Below, piece after piece: positions 1 to 8,948 of a DNA stretch of 64,000 bases. The stretch covers positions 192,001 through 256,000 of the forward strand of contig CAWKBC010000027.1 of NCBI GenBank assembly GCA_963847705.1. Reading direction: 5' to 3'. The notes under the pieces were generated by a model that did not search any database, was not told the origin of the DNA, and saw only the letters and a program-made list of their open reading frames with translations. This DNA comes from an uncultured Pseudomonadota bacterium (GTDB lineage: Bacteria; Myxococcota_A; Polyangia; Fen-1088). Position 1 is the first letter of the stretch; each line of letters begins with the position of its first letter. A program made the position numbers and the translations under genes.

Positions 1-337
1 CCAGGCCGTCGAGGTTGGTGCCGTCGGTCTTCCCTTCGCGCACGGCCACCGGCGCGTGACAGTTCACGCAGAACGTGCCGAGGGCGTTGTTGCTCTCGCG
101 CTGGGCACGCTGGTTCATGGCGCGAAACACCGGATCGTCGGTGGCGTAGGCGTGCATGCTCCCCGACCAGTCCTGGTACTGCGCCGGGTGGCAGGTCCGA
201 CAGGTGAGGGGATCCATGAGCTCGGTCTCCGACAGCGTCGACGTGCCGGAGCCCGACCCGCAGCTCGAGGCGATCAAGCTGGTCGCGGTCAGCCCGACAG
301 CGAGCGTGATCCGTGCAACATGAAGCGGCGACCTCAC
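1..337 (-). CDS. Multiheme cytochrome c lipoprotein (cytochrome c554/c552-like), 5' part; runs off the window
   Basis: Not in the ORF track. Manual translation from GTG at 337: VRSPLHVARITLAVGLTATSLIASSCGSG...PLTCRTCHPAQYQDWSGSMHAYA...FCVNCHAP. Lipobox-like Cys and two CxxCH motifs; frame open to the window edge. Confidence 0.8.
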   Translation of the reverse strand, partial: MRSPLHVARITLAVGLTATSLIASSCGSGSGTSTLSETELMDPLTCRTCHPAQYQDWSGSMHAYATDDPVFRAMNQRAQRESNNALGTFCVNCHAPVAVREGKTDGTNLDGL

Positions 338-341
338 CTGT

Positions 342-815
342 ATGAAGTATGTCCTCGTGGTTCTCGCGTGTCACAATTCGACCGTGAGCGCACGCCGCCC
401 AGCACCGGTAGGCGTCCTGGCGCTCGCGCTGGCGGGCTTGGCGGTGACCGTGTCGGGCTGCAAGAAGGCAGCGGGGGTCGATTGCACGCCGCCGCCCGCG
501 AACCCGACCTGCCCCGAGGCCGGCGCGCCGAGCTTCGCCGACGTCTACCAGGCGGTCTTCCGTCCGGTCTGCGACAACTGCCACGCTCCGGACGGCTCGG
601 AGGCGGTCATGCCCCTCGCGAGCTATGCGCAGATCTACGGGACCAACGGGACGGAGGCGCGCGAGATCTTCAACCAGGTCTTCGAGTCGTGCCTCATGCC
701 TCCCAGCAACGCGCCCGCGCCGCTCGGCGAGAGCGAGCGGCAGACCTTGCTCGACTGGTTTGCCTGCGGCGCGCTGGACGACAGCCCATCCGTCGACGCC
801 GCTGCGGCCGACTAG
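342..815 (+). CDS. Mono-heme c-type cytochrome lipoprotein (true start probably GTG at about 385)
   Basis: Signal peptide with lipobox VSGC, heme motif CDNCH, distal MPP Met ligand. Confidence 0.7.
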   Translation: MKYVLVVLACHNSTVSARRPAPVGVLALALAGLAVTVSGCKKAAGVDCTPPPANPTCPEAGAPSFADVYQAVFRPVCDNCHAPDGSEAVMPLASYAQIYGTNGTEAREIFNQVFESCLMPPSNAPAPLGESERQTLLDWFACGALDDSPSVDAAAAD

Positions 816-1486
816 GGCACCTTCACGAAGAAGGCGGCGTGGCCGTGGGGCGAGTCCTCGCGCACGTCGCTGCACTCCTCGAAGAAGTGAAAGCGCACGG
901 TCCAGGTCCCCGGCGCGTCGAACTTGATCGGGCCGACCTGGTAGACGCCGGGGGCGATCTCCGTCGAGGGTTTCGCCGGCGCGGGCGCGCCGTGGCTGAT
1001 GCTGAGCGAGACGTCCGGGCGGACGCCGGCGCAGCTGACGGGCATCATGTCGGCCAGTCGGAGCGCGCTGACGGTGAAGTAGGTGGCGGTGTTCTCCGTG
1101 ATGGGGGTCGCCGTCCAGCTCACGTAGTATTTGCAGTCGTCGTCGTCGCCGGCCGCACCGTACATCGTCGGACCGTAGTCGGTGCTGGTGACGCCGCCGT
1201 CCCCGGCCCCCGCGCCGCCGTCCGTGTCGAAGGAGACGTTGCAGCTCGCGGTGTTCGCCGGCACGGTCGTCGGATCGATGACCTGACAGACGCCGACGGT
1301 CTGGACGATGAGACCGCCGTCCCTCGCCGTGCAGTGGTTGTCGAGAGGGCCAATCACCACGCCCGAGGGTGAATCGGCGCCCGTCCTGCTGGGGCTGCCG
1401 GCGTCCGGCGCAGCGGCGGTGCCGTTGCACCCCGCTGCGGTCAACCCCGCAGCGATGAAGAAAACGACAACGATGGTCTTCGCCAA
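812..1486 (-). CDS. Lipoprotein with a C-terminal YtkA/FixH-like Ig-fold domain
   Basis: Lipobox AAGC; GVYQVGPIKFDAPGTWTVRFHF resembles YtkA-like domains; Cys/His-rich C-terminus (EECSD...PHGH). Confidence 0.6.
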   Translation of the reverse strand: MAKTIVVVFFIAAGLTAAGCNGTAAAPDAGSPSRTGADSPSGVVIGPLDNHCTARDGGLIVQTVGVCQVIDPTTVPANTASCNVSFDTDGGAGAGDGGVTSTDYGPTMYGAAGDDDDCKYYVSWTATPITENTATYFTVSALRLADMMPVSCAGVRPDVSLSISHGAPAPAKPSTEIAPGVYQVGPIKFDAPGTWTVRFHFFEECSDVREDSPHGHAAFFVKVP

Positions 1487-1532
1487 TGGCTTCTCCTTGG
1501 GCGGTAGGCTAGTTGCGTTTGTCGGCTGAGGT

Positions 1533-1553
1533 GCTGTGTAAAATTTTCACAGC
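1533..1553. promoter_or_regulatory. Inverted repeat, candidate operator
   Basis: GCTGTG-TAAAATTTT-CACAGC between the regA stop and the start of the YtkA-like gene. Confidence 0.45.
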
Positions 1554-1589
1554 CGAACGCGGTGACGGGGACGCCCCTCGCGCGGCCGC

Positions 1590-2129
1590 TCAGGTCCGGG
1601 GGGGATACTTTTTCAACTTGAGCTGCAGCGTGCGGCGGGTGATCCCCAGCCGCCGCGCCGCCTCGGAGATGTTCTGCCGGCAGTCGGCCAGGATGCGTTG
1701 AATGTGCTCCCACTCGGCGCGCGCCAGCGTGGGGGAGGGGGTGGGCGCCGCTTCGGCCGGGCGGGCCGGCTCTCCGGTGAGGGCGCCGATGATCTGATCG
1801 GCGTCGACCGGTTTGCTGAGATAGTCGTGCGCGCCGGCCCGCAGCGCCTCCACCGCCGAGGTGATGCTGCCGTAGCCGGTGAGGACGACGATGCGCGCGC
1901 CCGGCGCGAGGGCGTGGAGCGGTCCGATCAACGCCAACCCGGAAAGCCCCGGCATCCGCAGGTCGACGATCGCGAAGTCAGGCCTGCGCGCGCGGGCCGC
2001 CGCCACGGCGCCGTCGTGATCGGCGGCGGTCGCGACCTCGTAACCCCGCTCGCGCAGCGCGCGGCCCAGCCGTTCGCGGAACACCTCGTCGTCGTCGACG
2101 AGCAGGATGGTGCCGCCGACCGCCTTCAC
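1590..2129 (-). CDS. regA: RegA/PrrA/ActR-family response regulator
   Basis: GTG start overlaps the regB stop (GTGA). Receiver domain (LLVDDD, VDLRMP, TGYGSI, KP) and Fis-type HTH signature AEWEHIQRILADCRQNISEAARRLGITRRTLQLKL. Confidence 0.9.
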   Translation of the reverse strand: MKAVGGTILLVDDDEVFRERLGRALRERGYEVATAADHDGAVAAARARRPDFAIVDLRMPGLSGLALIGPLHALAPGARIVVLTGYGSITSAVEALRAGAHDYLSKPVDADQIIGALTGEPARPAEAAPTPSPTLARAEWEHIQRILADCRQNISEAARRLGITRRTLQLKLKKYPPRT

Positions 2130-3400
2130 GGCGCCCCTCCGACCGGCAGCCAGAGCGTGGCGGTCGTCCCCGCGCCCGGCGCGGAACGGATGGAGAGCTC
2201 GCCCCCCAGCCGCTCGACGATGGCCCGGGCCAGGAAGATCCCCAGGCCCATCCCCTGGCCCGCCGGCTTGGTGGTGAAGAACGGCTCGCCGACCCGGGCC
2301 AGGAGCTCGGGCGAGATCCCGGGGCCGCGATCGGCTATTTCGAAGACCAGCCGCCGGCTGTCGTCGACGGCGGCCACCCGCAGGGTGACCGGCGCGCCGC
2401 GGGGTGAGGCCTGGCGGGCGTTGTCGACCAGGCCACGCAGCGCCTGCCCGAATGCATGCCGGGGCAGGGCGGTGGTCGCGGCGGCCGTCGTCTCGTCGAG
2501 GCTGACCGTGACGGCGCGAGCGGGCTCCGTCGAACAATCGTCCAGGCAGTCGTCGACCAGCTCACGGACCGAGACCCGGGCGAACCGTTCGCCGGCCGGG
2601 TCGCCGGCGTCGACGCGCATGCGCGCCAGGATGCGGCGGCAGCGCTCGACCTCTTCCCGCATCAGCCGGACGTCGTCGGCCGCGGCGGCAGGGGCGCCGG
2701 CGGCGATCACCGCGCGCTCCAAATCCTTGGCCACCACCGCGATGGTCGACAGAGGCGTGGCCAGCTCGTGCGCCGCCCCCGCGGCCAGCGTCGCCAGGGA
2801 GGCCAGCCGCTCCTGCCGCGCCGCCAGGCTGCGCGACGCCACGAGCTCCTCGTCCCGGGCGCCGAGCGCGCGGCGCACGCGCATCAGGAAGTAGACGATG
2901 AACGCCGAGGCCACGCCGAACGCCACCCACATCCCGCGCAGGTGCAGCGCCATGTGCCCGGCGTGTCCCCCCGCCGCCGGCAGCGGCTGGTGGCGCACGA
3001 ACAGCACCAGCGACGACGCCAGCGACAACAGCACCAGCATCCAGGTCCAGGCGGAGCGCAAGGTGATGGCGGCGATGGCGATGGGGACCAGATAAAGAAA
3101 ACTGAACGGGTTCTCGGGACCGCCGGTGAAGTAGAGCAGGCCCGAGAAGATCAGGACGTCCAGCGCCATCACCGCCAGCAGCCACCAGTCCTGGGGCGTC
3201 CAGGCCCGCGCGCAGGCGATGCACGCCAGGTTGGAGAGCAGCGCCACCCCGACCAGCGCAAACAGCGGCGCCAGGGGAATCTCCAGGTTCATCCCGAAAC
3301 GGACACCCACGATGGTCAACGCCTGCCCGGCCACGGTCGCGAACCGCAACCGCACCAGCCAGCCGAAGTTGATCCGCGAGGGCGAGACCGGCTCAACCAT
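2126..3400 (-). CDS. regB: RegB/PrrB/ActS-family redox sensor histidine kinase
   Basis: Multiple TM helices, quinone-binding motif GGPENPF, H-box AAHELATPL, redox Cys in ERCRRIL, G-boxes DRGPG and GMGLG. Confidence 0.9.
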   Translation of the reverse strand: MVEPVSPSRINFGWLVRLRFATVAGQALTIVGVRFGMNLEIPLAPLFALVGVALLSNLACIACARAWTPQDWWLLAVMALDVLIFSGLLYFTGGPENPFSFLYLVPIAIAAITLRSAWTWMLVLLSLASSLVLFVRHQPLPAAGGHAGHMALHLRGMWVAFGVASAFIVYFLMRVRRALGARDEELVASRSLAARQERLASLATLAAGAAHELATPLSTIAVVAKDLERAVIAAGAPAAAADDVRLMREEVERCRRILARMRVDAGDPAGERFARVSVRELVDDCLDDCSTEPARAVTVSLDETTAAATTALPRHAFGQALRGLVDNARQASPRGAPVTLRVAAVDDSRRLVFEIADRGPGISPELLARVGEPFFTTKPAGQGMGLGIFLARAIVERLGGELSIRSAPGAGTTATLWLPVGGAP

Positions 3401-3406
3401 GCCGGA

Positions 3407-3808
3407 CTAACTATATGCCGGCGGCGTCCCTTTCACCTGAGCGAGCCGCGCCAGCGTGCTCAGCAGCTCCGCGGGCTGAATCGGCTTGGGGCAGAGCTCG
3501 ATCGGGCCGAGCTGGCTGCGCATCGAATCGGGGCTGAATCCCGCCGCCGTCACCAGAACGACCGGGACCGACGCAAACGTCGGGTCCTCCAGCTGCTCGC
3601 GCCGAAAGTCCCAGCCGTCGCAGTTGGGCATCATCAGGTCCAGCAGGATCACCGCCGGGCGCAGTCCCCCGCGAAGCGTCTTCAGCGCCTCGCCGCCATC
3701 GGCGGTGGCGGCCACCTTGTATCCCTCGCTGGCCAGGAGCTCGGTCAGCGCCCTTCGCACGTCGGGATCGTCCTCGACGACCAGAATGGTGTGGGCCGAA
3801 TGGGACAC
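3407..3808 (-). CDS. Single-domain response regulator (receiver only)
   Basis: ILVVEDD...LLDLMMP...VTA...KP; probable GTG start at 3808. Confidence 0.85.
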   Translation of the reverse strand: MSHSAHTILVVEDDPDVRRALTELLASEGYKVAATADGGEALKTLRGGLRPAVILLDLMMPNCDGWDFRREQLEDPTFASVPVVLVTAAGFSPDSMRSQLGPIELCPKPIQPAELLSTLARLAQVKGTPPAYS

Positions 3809-3980
3809 GTCAAAGATCAAGATTGGCAGCGCCACGCCTCCGTCAAGGGGCACCGGGCCCGAAAACGTACAAGATCGTCGCGGATGAGCCTGGCGGGCGC
3901 CACCTCCTGACCGGCGGACCGACCGAGATCCAGGAATCGGGGGGTTCAAGCTGTCGGCCCGGCCCGTCGATGAACGGTCC

Positions 3981-4580
3981 ATGAGCGTTGCGCTCGCCCG
4001 CCAAGCTCCCTACCCGACACGGGTCCAGCAGAGACGTTGCAGCAAGTGTGGAAAGCTGGTGTCGCGCTCGGCCTACGCCTGTCGGCGCTGCGGAAAGACC
4101 CAGCGGATCCGGTCCCGGACCATCCTCCTCTGCCTGGCGGCGGGCTTGATCGTCGGGATGTTCGCGGTGGCCAGCGCGGGCTCCCTCCTGCCGCAAGCCC
4201 ACACGGGAGAGGCGGCGGCGGCGAAGGCGGCACCCGATCTCCACCGCGGCTCGGTGACGGTGTCGGGACGGACGCCCGAGGTGAGCGCGACCGAGCTCTG
4301 GATGAGCTACTCGCGAGACAGGGCCGGGGCTGATCTTCTCTACCGCGAGCATTCGGTCCTGGTGACAGGGAACATCCGCTCCATCGAGCGCAACTACGAG
4401 GGCGAGATGGTGGTGCGGCTCGGGACCGGCGACGCCTTCGAGACCGTCAACGCCACGATGGCCACCCGGAACAATCCGGTGCTCGGGTCGCTGGCCAAGG
4501 GGCACCCGGTCTCCCTGCTCTGCGTGGGGCGCGGGGCTCTGATGGGCGCGCCGCTCCTCGGCGGCTGCTTCGTCAGATAG
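3981..4580 (+). CDS. Zinc-ribbon + TM + tRNA_anti-like OB-fold protein
   Basis: CSKC...CRRC ribbon, one TM helix, then VSATELWMSY...ADLLYREHSVLVTG...SLAKGHPVSLLC...L.GC typical of OB-fold putative lipoproteins. Confidence 0.65.
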   Translation: MSVALARQAPYPTRVQQRRCSKCGKLVSRSAYACRRCGKTQRIRSRTILLCLAAGLIVGMFAVASAGSLLPQAHTGEAAAAKAAPDLHRGSVTVSGRTPEVSATELWMSYSRDRAGADLLYREHSVLVTGNIRSIERNYEGEMVVRLGTGDAFETVNATMATRNNPVLGSLAKGHPVSLLCVGRGALMGAPLLGGCFVR

Positions 4581-4652
4581 CGGCGCCGCTCCTCGGCGGC
4601 TGCTTCGTCAGATAGCAGCGCCGCTCCTCGGCGGCTGTTTCGTCAGACCGCG
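4548..4652. repeat. 35-bp tandem repeat x3 between convergent genes
   Basis: Unit gcgccgctcctcggcggctgcttcgtcagatagcg at 4548, 4583 and 4618; contains a gccgc/gcggc hairpin. Confidence 0.85.
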
Positions 4653-5386
4653 GCGCTGCTCGAGCGCTGGCGGCGTTCGGCGTAGCGCGGCGATGCGGCC
4701 AAGAGCCGCGCCTGCAGCGCCTCCGCCGAGACCTGACCGGGGGCGGTGGCGCCGGCGATGAACCCGTACGCCAGCAGCGACCCCGCGGCGGCGAGCTCGA
4801 CGCGCAGCCCGTCGTCAACGGAGCCCATTCCGATCACCGCCGTGCGCTCCGGCCGGCGCGCCAGCAGGGTCCGCAGCGCCGCGCGGTCATCTGCGCCTGT
4901 CACCGCGGTGGCGACCTTGGCGATGGCGCCCGGTGCGGCGGCGTGGCACCGGTCGACCACGCCGAGGAGCGGAGCGAGCGGCGGTGTGGCCGCGAAGTCG
5001 TGGTGCGAGACGATGAGCTGACCCGCCGGCCGCGCGCGCACCAGCGCAGCGACGTCGTCGATGATGGCGGCGTCGTCCTCGACGTCGGCCCAGGAAGCGA
5101 CGGCCAGCGCTGCGCGAAAAACCACCAGTCGCGCGGCGTCTCCCCTGGCGAACTGTCCCCCCTGGCTCTCGCTGCGGATCGTGACCAGCACCGGCGTCCC
5201 GCTTGCCTCGAGCCGCGCGCAGGCGTCGAGGTCGCCGCCATCGAGCCGCTGTCCGGAAAACAGATCGATCCGCGCCTCCACCAGATCGAACGGACGCACA
5301 GCGGGAGCGAGGGTCACGCAGGCCGCCAGCGCCTCGGCCCGGTCGGCCACGCCGACGATGAACGGCCCGCGCGCAAGATCCAGCAT
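4643..5386 (-). CDS. aroD: Type I 3-dehydroquinate dehydratase
   Basis: DLVEARID, TIRSESQGG, SHHDF (catalytic His), AKVA (Schiff-base Lys), IGMG, APGQ. Confidence 0.85.
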   Translation of the reverse strand: MLDLARGPFIVGVADRAEALAACVTLAPAVRPFDLVEARIDLFSGQRLDGGDLDACARLEASGTPVLVTIRSESQGGQFARGDAARLVVFRAALAVASWADVEDDAAIIDDVAALVRARPAGQLIVSHHDFAATPPLAPLLGVVDRCHAAAPGAIAKVATAVTGADDRAALRTLLARRPERTAVIGMGSVDDGLRVELAAAGSLLAYGFIAGATAPGQVSAEALQARLLAASPRYAERRQRSSSAAV

Positions 5387-5454
5387 TCCAGAGTGTATCC
5401 TAGCAGGATCTCGGGGACGGCCCGGCCGCGAGGCGCCGGCGATCGGAGGCAGCT

Positions 5455-5763
5455 TCAGCGGTCGGCGCCGAGATCGCTGCTCGCGCCGTCTGCGTGTGCG
5501 GCGCCGTGGTCGGCGGCCGCGTCGGTGGTCGCGGGGCCATCCGCCGCGCTGTCCGTCGATCCGTCGACTGCAGCGCTGGCGCCGTCGACGGGGAAGGGTC
5601 GGTTGGGCTCGACGAACTTTCCGTTTCCGCTGTTGTCGGTGCAGCCCGAGGCGAGCAGGGCGCCCGCCAGCGCTCCCACCAGCGCCAACGCTCCAGCCAT
5701 CGTGGTGGTCCTCTTGGTCGCCGGCATGGTCGCTGATTTCGGGACGAAACGGACATCCGCCAT
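5455..5763 (-). CDS. Small lipoprotein with an Asp/Ala-rich tail
   Basis: Hydrophobic signal with lipobox ASGC; DGA/DAA low-complexity tail. Confidence 0.55.
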   Translation of the reverse strand: MADVRFVPKSATMPATKRTTTMAGALALVGALAGALLASGCTDNSGNGKFVEPNRPFPVDGASAAVDGSTDSAADGPATTDAAADHGAAHADGASSDLGADR

Positions 5764-5901
5764 GTGCGATCTCTCCTCGGCCGATAAGGGGCCGCCCAGC
5801 AGAGTACGTCAGCCCGAAGGGGCCCGGCAAGTTCAGGGCGCGGGGCGCGCCGTCAGAGATCCGTCACTCGGTCGCGTCCGTCAGGCGGTCAGCCGGCCAA
5901 G

Positions 5902-6453
5902 TCAGCCCTGGGTCGCGGCGTCGACGTTCGTCCCGCCGGATCCGGACGCGCCGCCTGTGGCCGGTGTGCCACCGGTGCCGCCGGTGGCGGGTGTTCCGCC
6001 GGTACCCGTCGTGCCGCCGGTGGCAGGCTTCCCGCCGGTGCCGCCGGTGGCAGGTGTTCCGCCGGTACCCGTCGTGCCGCCGGTGGCAGGCTTCCCGCCG
6101 GTGCCGCCGGTGGCAGGTGTTCCGCCGGTGCCGGTGGCAGGCTTTCCGCCCGCGCCCCCGGTGGCCGGCGTTCCGCCGGTGCCGGTGGTGCCGCCGGTGG
6201 CGGGCTTTCCGCCGGTCCCGGTGACACCGCCAGTCCCGGGCGTTCCCCCGGTCGCGATGACCCCCCCGGTGCCGGGCATCCCACCGGTCCCGGGCGCATC
6301 GGTCGCGGCATCCACGATGCCGGTCGCCCCCGCCGCGCCGTCGAGCGTGTCGTTCTGGAACGTCGACGGCCCTTCCTTGTAAGCCGAGTCGTCCTCGCAG
6401 GAGATCAGCAGGCCCAGGCCGAGCAGAGGCGCGAGGAGGGCCAGCCGTCGCAT
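5902..6453 (-). CDS. Lipoprotein with Gly/Thr/Pro repeats (TGGTPA/TGGKPA)
   Basis: MRRLALLAPLLGLGLLISC lipobox; repetitive body. Confidence 0.7.
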   Translation of the reverse strand: MRRLALLAPLLGLGLLISCEDDSAYKEGPSTFQNDTLDGAAGATGIVDAATDAPGTGGMPGTGGVIATGGTPGTGGVTGTGGKPATGGTTGTGGTPATGGAGGKPATGTGGTPATGGTGGKPATGGTTGTGGTPATGGTGGKPATGGTTGTGGTPATGGTGGTPATGGASGSGGTNVDAATQG

Positions 6454-6540
6454 CGCCTCATTTTAGTTCAGTCCGGGGTGGCCCAACAGAAAAAGGCGCG
6501 CCGGCGCGCGTGGCGCAGACGGCCATCGAGACGGCGTCTG

Positions 6541-6915
6541 CTACGCGCCGCCGGCGCCCGCGCCACCGGTGGTGCCTGCGCCGCCGGTGGTGCCAGCAGC
6601 GCCGGTGGTGCCTGCGCCGCCGGTGGTGCCAGCGGCGCCGGTGGTGCCCGCACCCCCGGTGGTTCCCGCGCCGCCACCTTTGCCGCCTGCGCCGCCAGTG
6701 GTGCCCGCGGCACCGGTGGTGCCCGCGGCACCGGTGGTGCCCGCACCCCCAGTGGTTCCTGCGCTGCCGCCGTTGCCTCCGGCGCCGGAGCCGCCGGTCG
6801 CGCTGGAGCCGCCGGTTGCAGTGGAACCGCCGGTTCCGCTGATGGGCGTGGTGCTGCTCGAACAGCCGAAGGTCGCGAGCGCGAGGGTCAAGAACGGGAC
6901 GGCAAGCTTCTTCAT
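6541..6915 (-). CDS. Lipoprotein with Gly/Thr/Ala repeats (AGTTG)
   Basis: MKKLAVPFLTLALATFGC lipobox; RBS GGAG upstream of ATG at 6915. Confidence 0.7.
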   Translation of the reverse strand: MKKLAVPFLTLALATFGCSSSTTPISGTGGSTATGGSSATGGSGAGGNGGSAGTTGGAGTTGAAGTTGAAGTTGGAGGKGGGAGTTGGAGTTGAAGTTGGAGTTGAAGTTGGAGTTGGAGAGGA

Positions 6916-6967
6916 CGTGGTGGTCTCCGCGAAGTCACCGCAGCGTAATGGACCTGGAGACCGGCGT

Positions 6968-7603
6968 CTATTGACCGTCGGTGGCGCCGCGCAGCCCGAG
7001 ATCGAGCCCACGCACCTTCTCGAACCGCTGCCCGACGTCCACCCAATTCCAGATATTCCACACCGCCTCGAAGAAGCTCTTCTTGTCGGGGCCGTACTGC
7101 AGATAGAACGCGTGCTCCCAGGCATCGAGCACCAGGATCGGCACGCCGCCCTGATGGATGTTGGTTTGATGGTCGTAGATCTGCGTGGTCACCAGCCGCT
7201 TGGCGACCGGCTCCCAGGAGAGCGCCGCCCAACCAGAGCCCATGATGGTCATCGCCGCGTTGGTGAGCTGGGCGCGGAACTGGGTGAACCCGCCGAAGTC
7301 CTGGGTGATCTGCGTGCCGAGCGCGCCGGTCGGCTCGCCGCCCGCCTTGGGCGCCAGGTTCTGCCAGAACAGCGAGTGCAGGACGTGGCCGGAGGTGTGA
7401 AAGGCCAGCGCCTTCTCCAGCGCCGCGATCTTGGCGAAGTCGTTCTTGGCGCGTGCCTCGGCGAGCCCGTCGGTCGCCGTGTTGGCGCCAGCGACGTAGG
7501 CCGCGTGGTGCTTGTCGTGGTGCAGCTGCATGATCTTGCCCGAGACGTGCGGCTCGAGGGCGCCGTAGTCGTAGGCCAACTCCGGGAGGGTGTACTTTGT
7601 CAT
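6968..7603 (-). CDS. sodA: Fe/Mn superoxide dismutase
   Basis: YTLPELAYDYGALEP, HHDKHH, GHVLHSLFW, GSGW, DAWEHAFYLQY. Metal preference not determined. Confidence 0.95.
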   Translation of the reverse strand: MTKYTLPELAYDYGALEPHVSGKIMQLHHDKHHAAYVAGANTATDGLAEARAKNDFAKIAALEKALAFHTSGHVLHSLFWQNLAPKAGGEPTGALGTQITQDFGGFTQFRAQLTNAAMTIMGSGWAALSWEPVAKRLVTTQIYDHQTNIHQGGVPILVLDAWEHAFYLQYGPDKKSFFEAVWNIWNWVDVGQRFEKVRGLDLGLRGATDGQ

Positions 7604-7720
7604 GGGGCGAATATGACAACCTCACGCCGCAGCGCAAGTGCGGATGAGCAATGGGGGCAGACCCCGATTCGCGGAATTTCCGGAGGCCGTCCGCCGGGGC
7701 TTCTCAGATCTGGAGGGAAT

Positions 7721-8680
7721 CTACGGGCGGATCAGGCGTTTTTCGCGGCGCAGCCGCTTGCGGACGACCGCGGCGGCGCGCTTGTCGATGGTCGCCTGGG
7801 TCGGCTTGCGCCCCGCCATCGGCTCCTGTTCGGCGTGGTGCTCGACGAAGTCGCCCGGGGCGCAGCCGAGCTCGAACATCGTCACCTCGCGCTTGCCGCG
7901 ATCGCCGAGGCGGAACGGCACCACCGCGGCGCCGATCCCGGCGCCGACGTAGACCGCGCCGGCCGGCTCGCCCTTCGCTTGGGCGCCGGCGTGATCGCGG
8001 GAGCCATAGAGGCCGTGGACGTAGCGGTGGCCGGCGACGATGCCGACCGCCAGCTCGTGGAGCCGCGCCAGCGTCACCTGTCCGCCGTGGGTGTGCCCCG
8101 ACAGAACCAGCGGGATGCCGTGCCGCCACAGACCGTCGGCCTCCTCGGCGATGTGCGACAGCGCGATGGCCGGCAGGTCCCGGCGCAGGCCTTTGACGGC
8201 GGCGTCGCGCTGCGCGTGGCCGGTGTACGCGTCGTCGAGTCCCACCACCTGCAGGCGCTCGGAGCCGAGGGTGATGGTGGTGTTGCGGTTGCGCAGCACC
8301 TCGGCGCCTCCGTGCTGGAGCGCTTTTTCGACCTCGTCCGCCCCCGACCAGTAGTCGTGGTTGCCGAGCACGGCGATCACCGGTGCCTGAAAAAGCCGGA
8401 TCACCTCGGCGAGCTGATCCAGATAGAGCTGGCTGTGGCAGACGAAGTCACCGGAGAGGAGAACGAGGTCGGGACGCTCGGCGTTGGTCATCTCCACTGC
8501 GGTCCGCTGCACCTCGAAGGGGGTGATGCGGCCGACGTGCAGGTCGGTGAGGTGCGCGATCCGCAGATGGCTCACCTGGCTGCGGTAGGTGGCTGGCCCG
8601 GCGAAGCGGCGCAGCGCGATCCCGTAGCGACGGGCGCCGTTCGAAGGACGCCAGGTTGCGTGCGCACGACGAGCCGCCAT
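7721..8680 (-). CDS. Metallophosphoesterase (calcineurin-like, YkuE/YaeI type)
   Basis: DLH, GDFV, GNHD, SGHTHGGQ motifs; start uncertain. Confidence 0.85.
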   Translation of the reverse strand: MAARRAHATWRPSNGARRYGIALRRFAGPATYRSQVSHLRIAHLTDLHVGRITPFEVQRTAVEMTNAERPDLVLLSGDFVCHSQLYLDQLAEVIRLFQAPVIAVLGNHDYWSGADEVEKALQHGGAEVLRNRNTTITLGSERLQVVGLDDAYTGHAQRDAAVKGLRRDLPAIALSHIAEEADGLWRHGIPLVLSGHTHGGQVTLARLHELAVGIVAGHRYVHGLYGSRDHAGAQAKGEPAGAVYVGAGIGAAVVPFRLGDRGKREVTMFELGCAPGDFVEHHAEQEPMAGRKPTQATIDKRAAAVVRKRLRREKRLIRP

Positions 8681-8858
8681 TCGAGCGGCCCAAGCCGCAG
8701 CATCCTCGACCGTCGAAGGCACTGTCACAGTCGGATGAGAGCCGCTCACGGAACACCTCCAATATAACCCCAACGAAGCACCCCGGCCGTCGAATCGACC
8801 AACCACCTCGACCTACAACCCACTTCGGGACGGCGGGAGGGGTCTCACCCGCGCTCCA

Positions 8859-8948
8859 GGCGCTCTCGCCGCTTCAGTCGTGGGCGCCCTGCGGGACCAG
8901 CTGGGCGCTCTCGCCGCTTCAGTCGTGGGCGCCCTGCTGGACCAGCTC
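8859..8948. repeat. 45-bp direct tandem duplication spanning the lysR stop codon
   Basis: ggcgctctcgccgcttcagtcgtgggcgccctgc(g/t)ggaccagct(g/c) at 8859 and 8904. Confidence 0.85.

Noticed and set aside
5940-6800. Pro/Val-rich plus-strand ORFs (PPVP/PAAP repeats)
   Set aside because: They are the reverse-complement reading of the Gly/Thr repeats; the minus-strand frames have signal peptides and lipoboxes.
7652-7665. gggggcagacccc and ggggtctcaccc (about 8839) as REP elements
   Set aside because: Too short and too divergent to support in GC-rich DNA.
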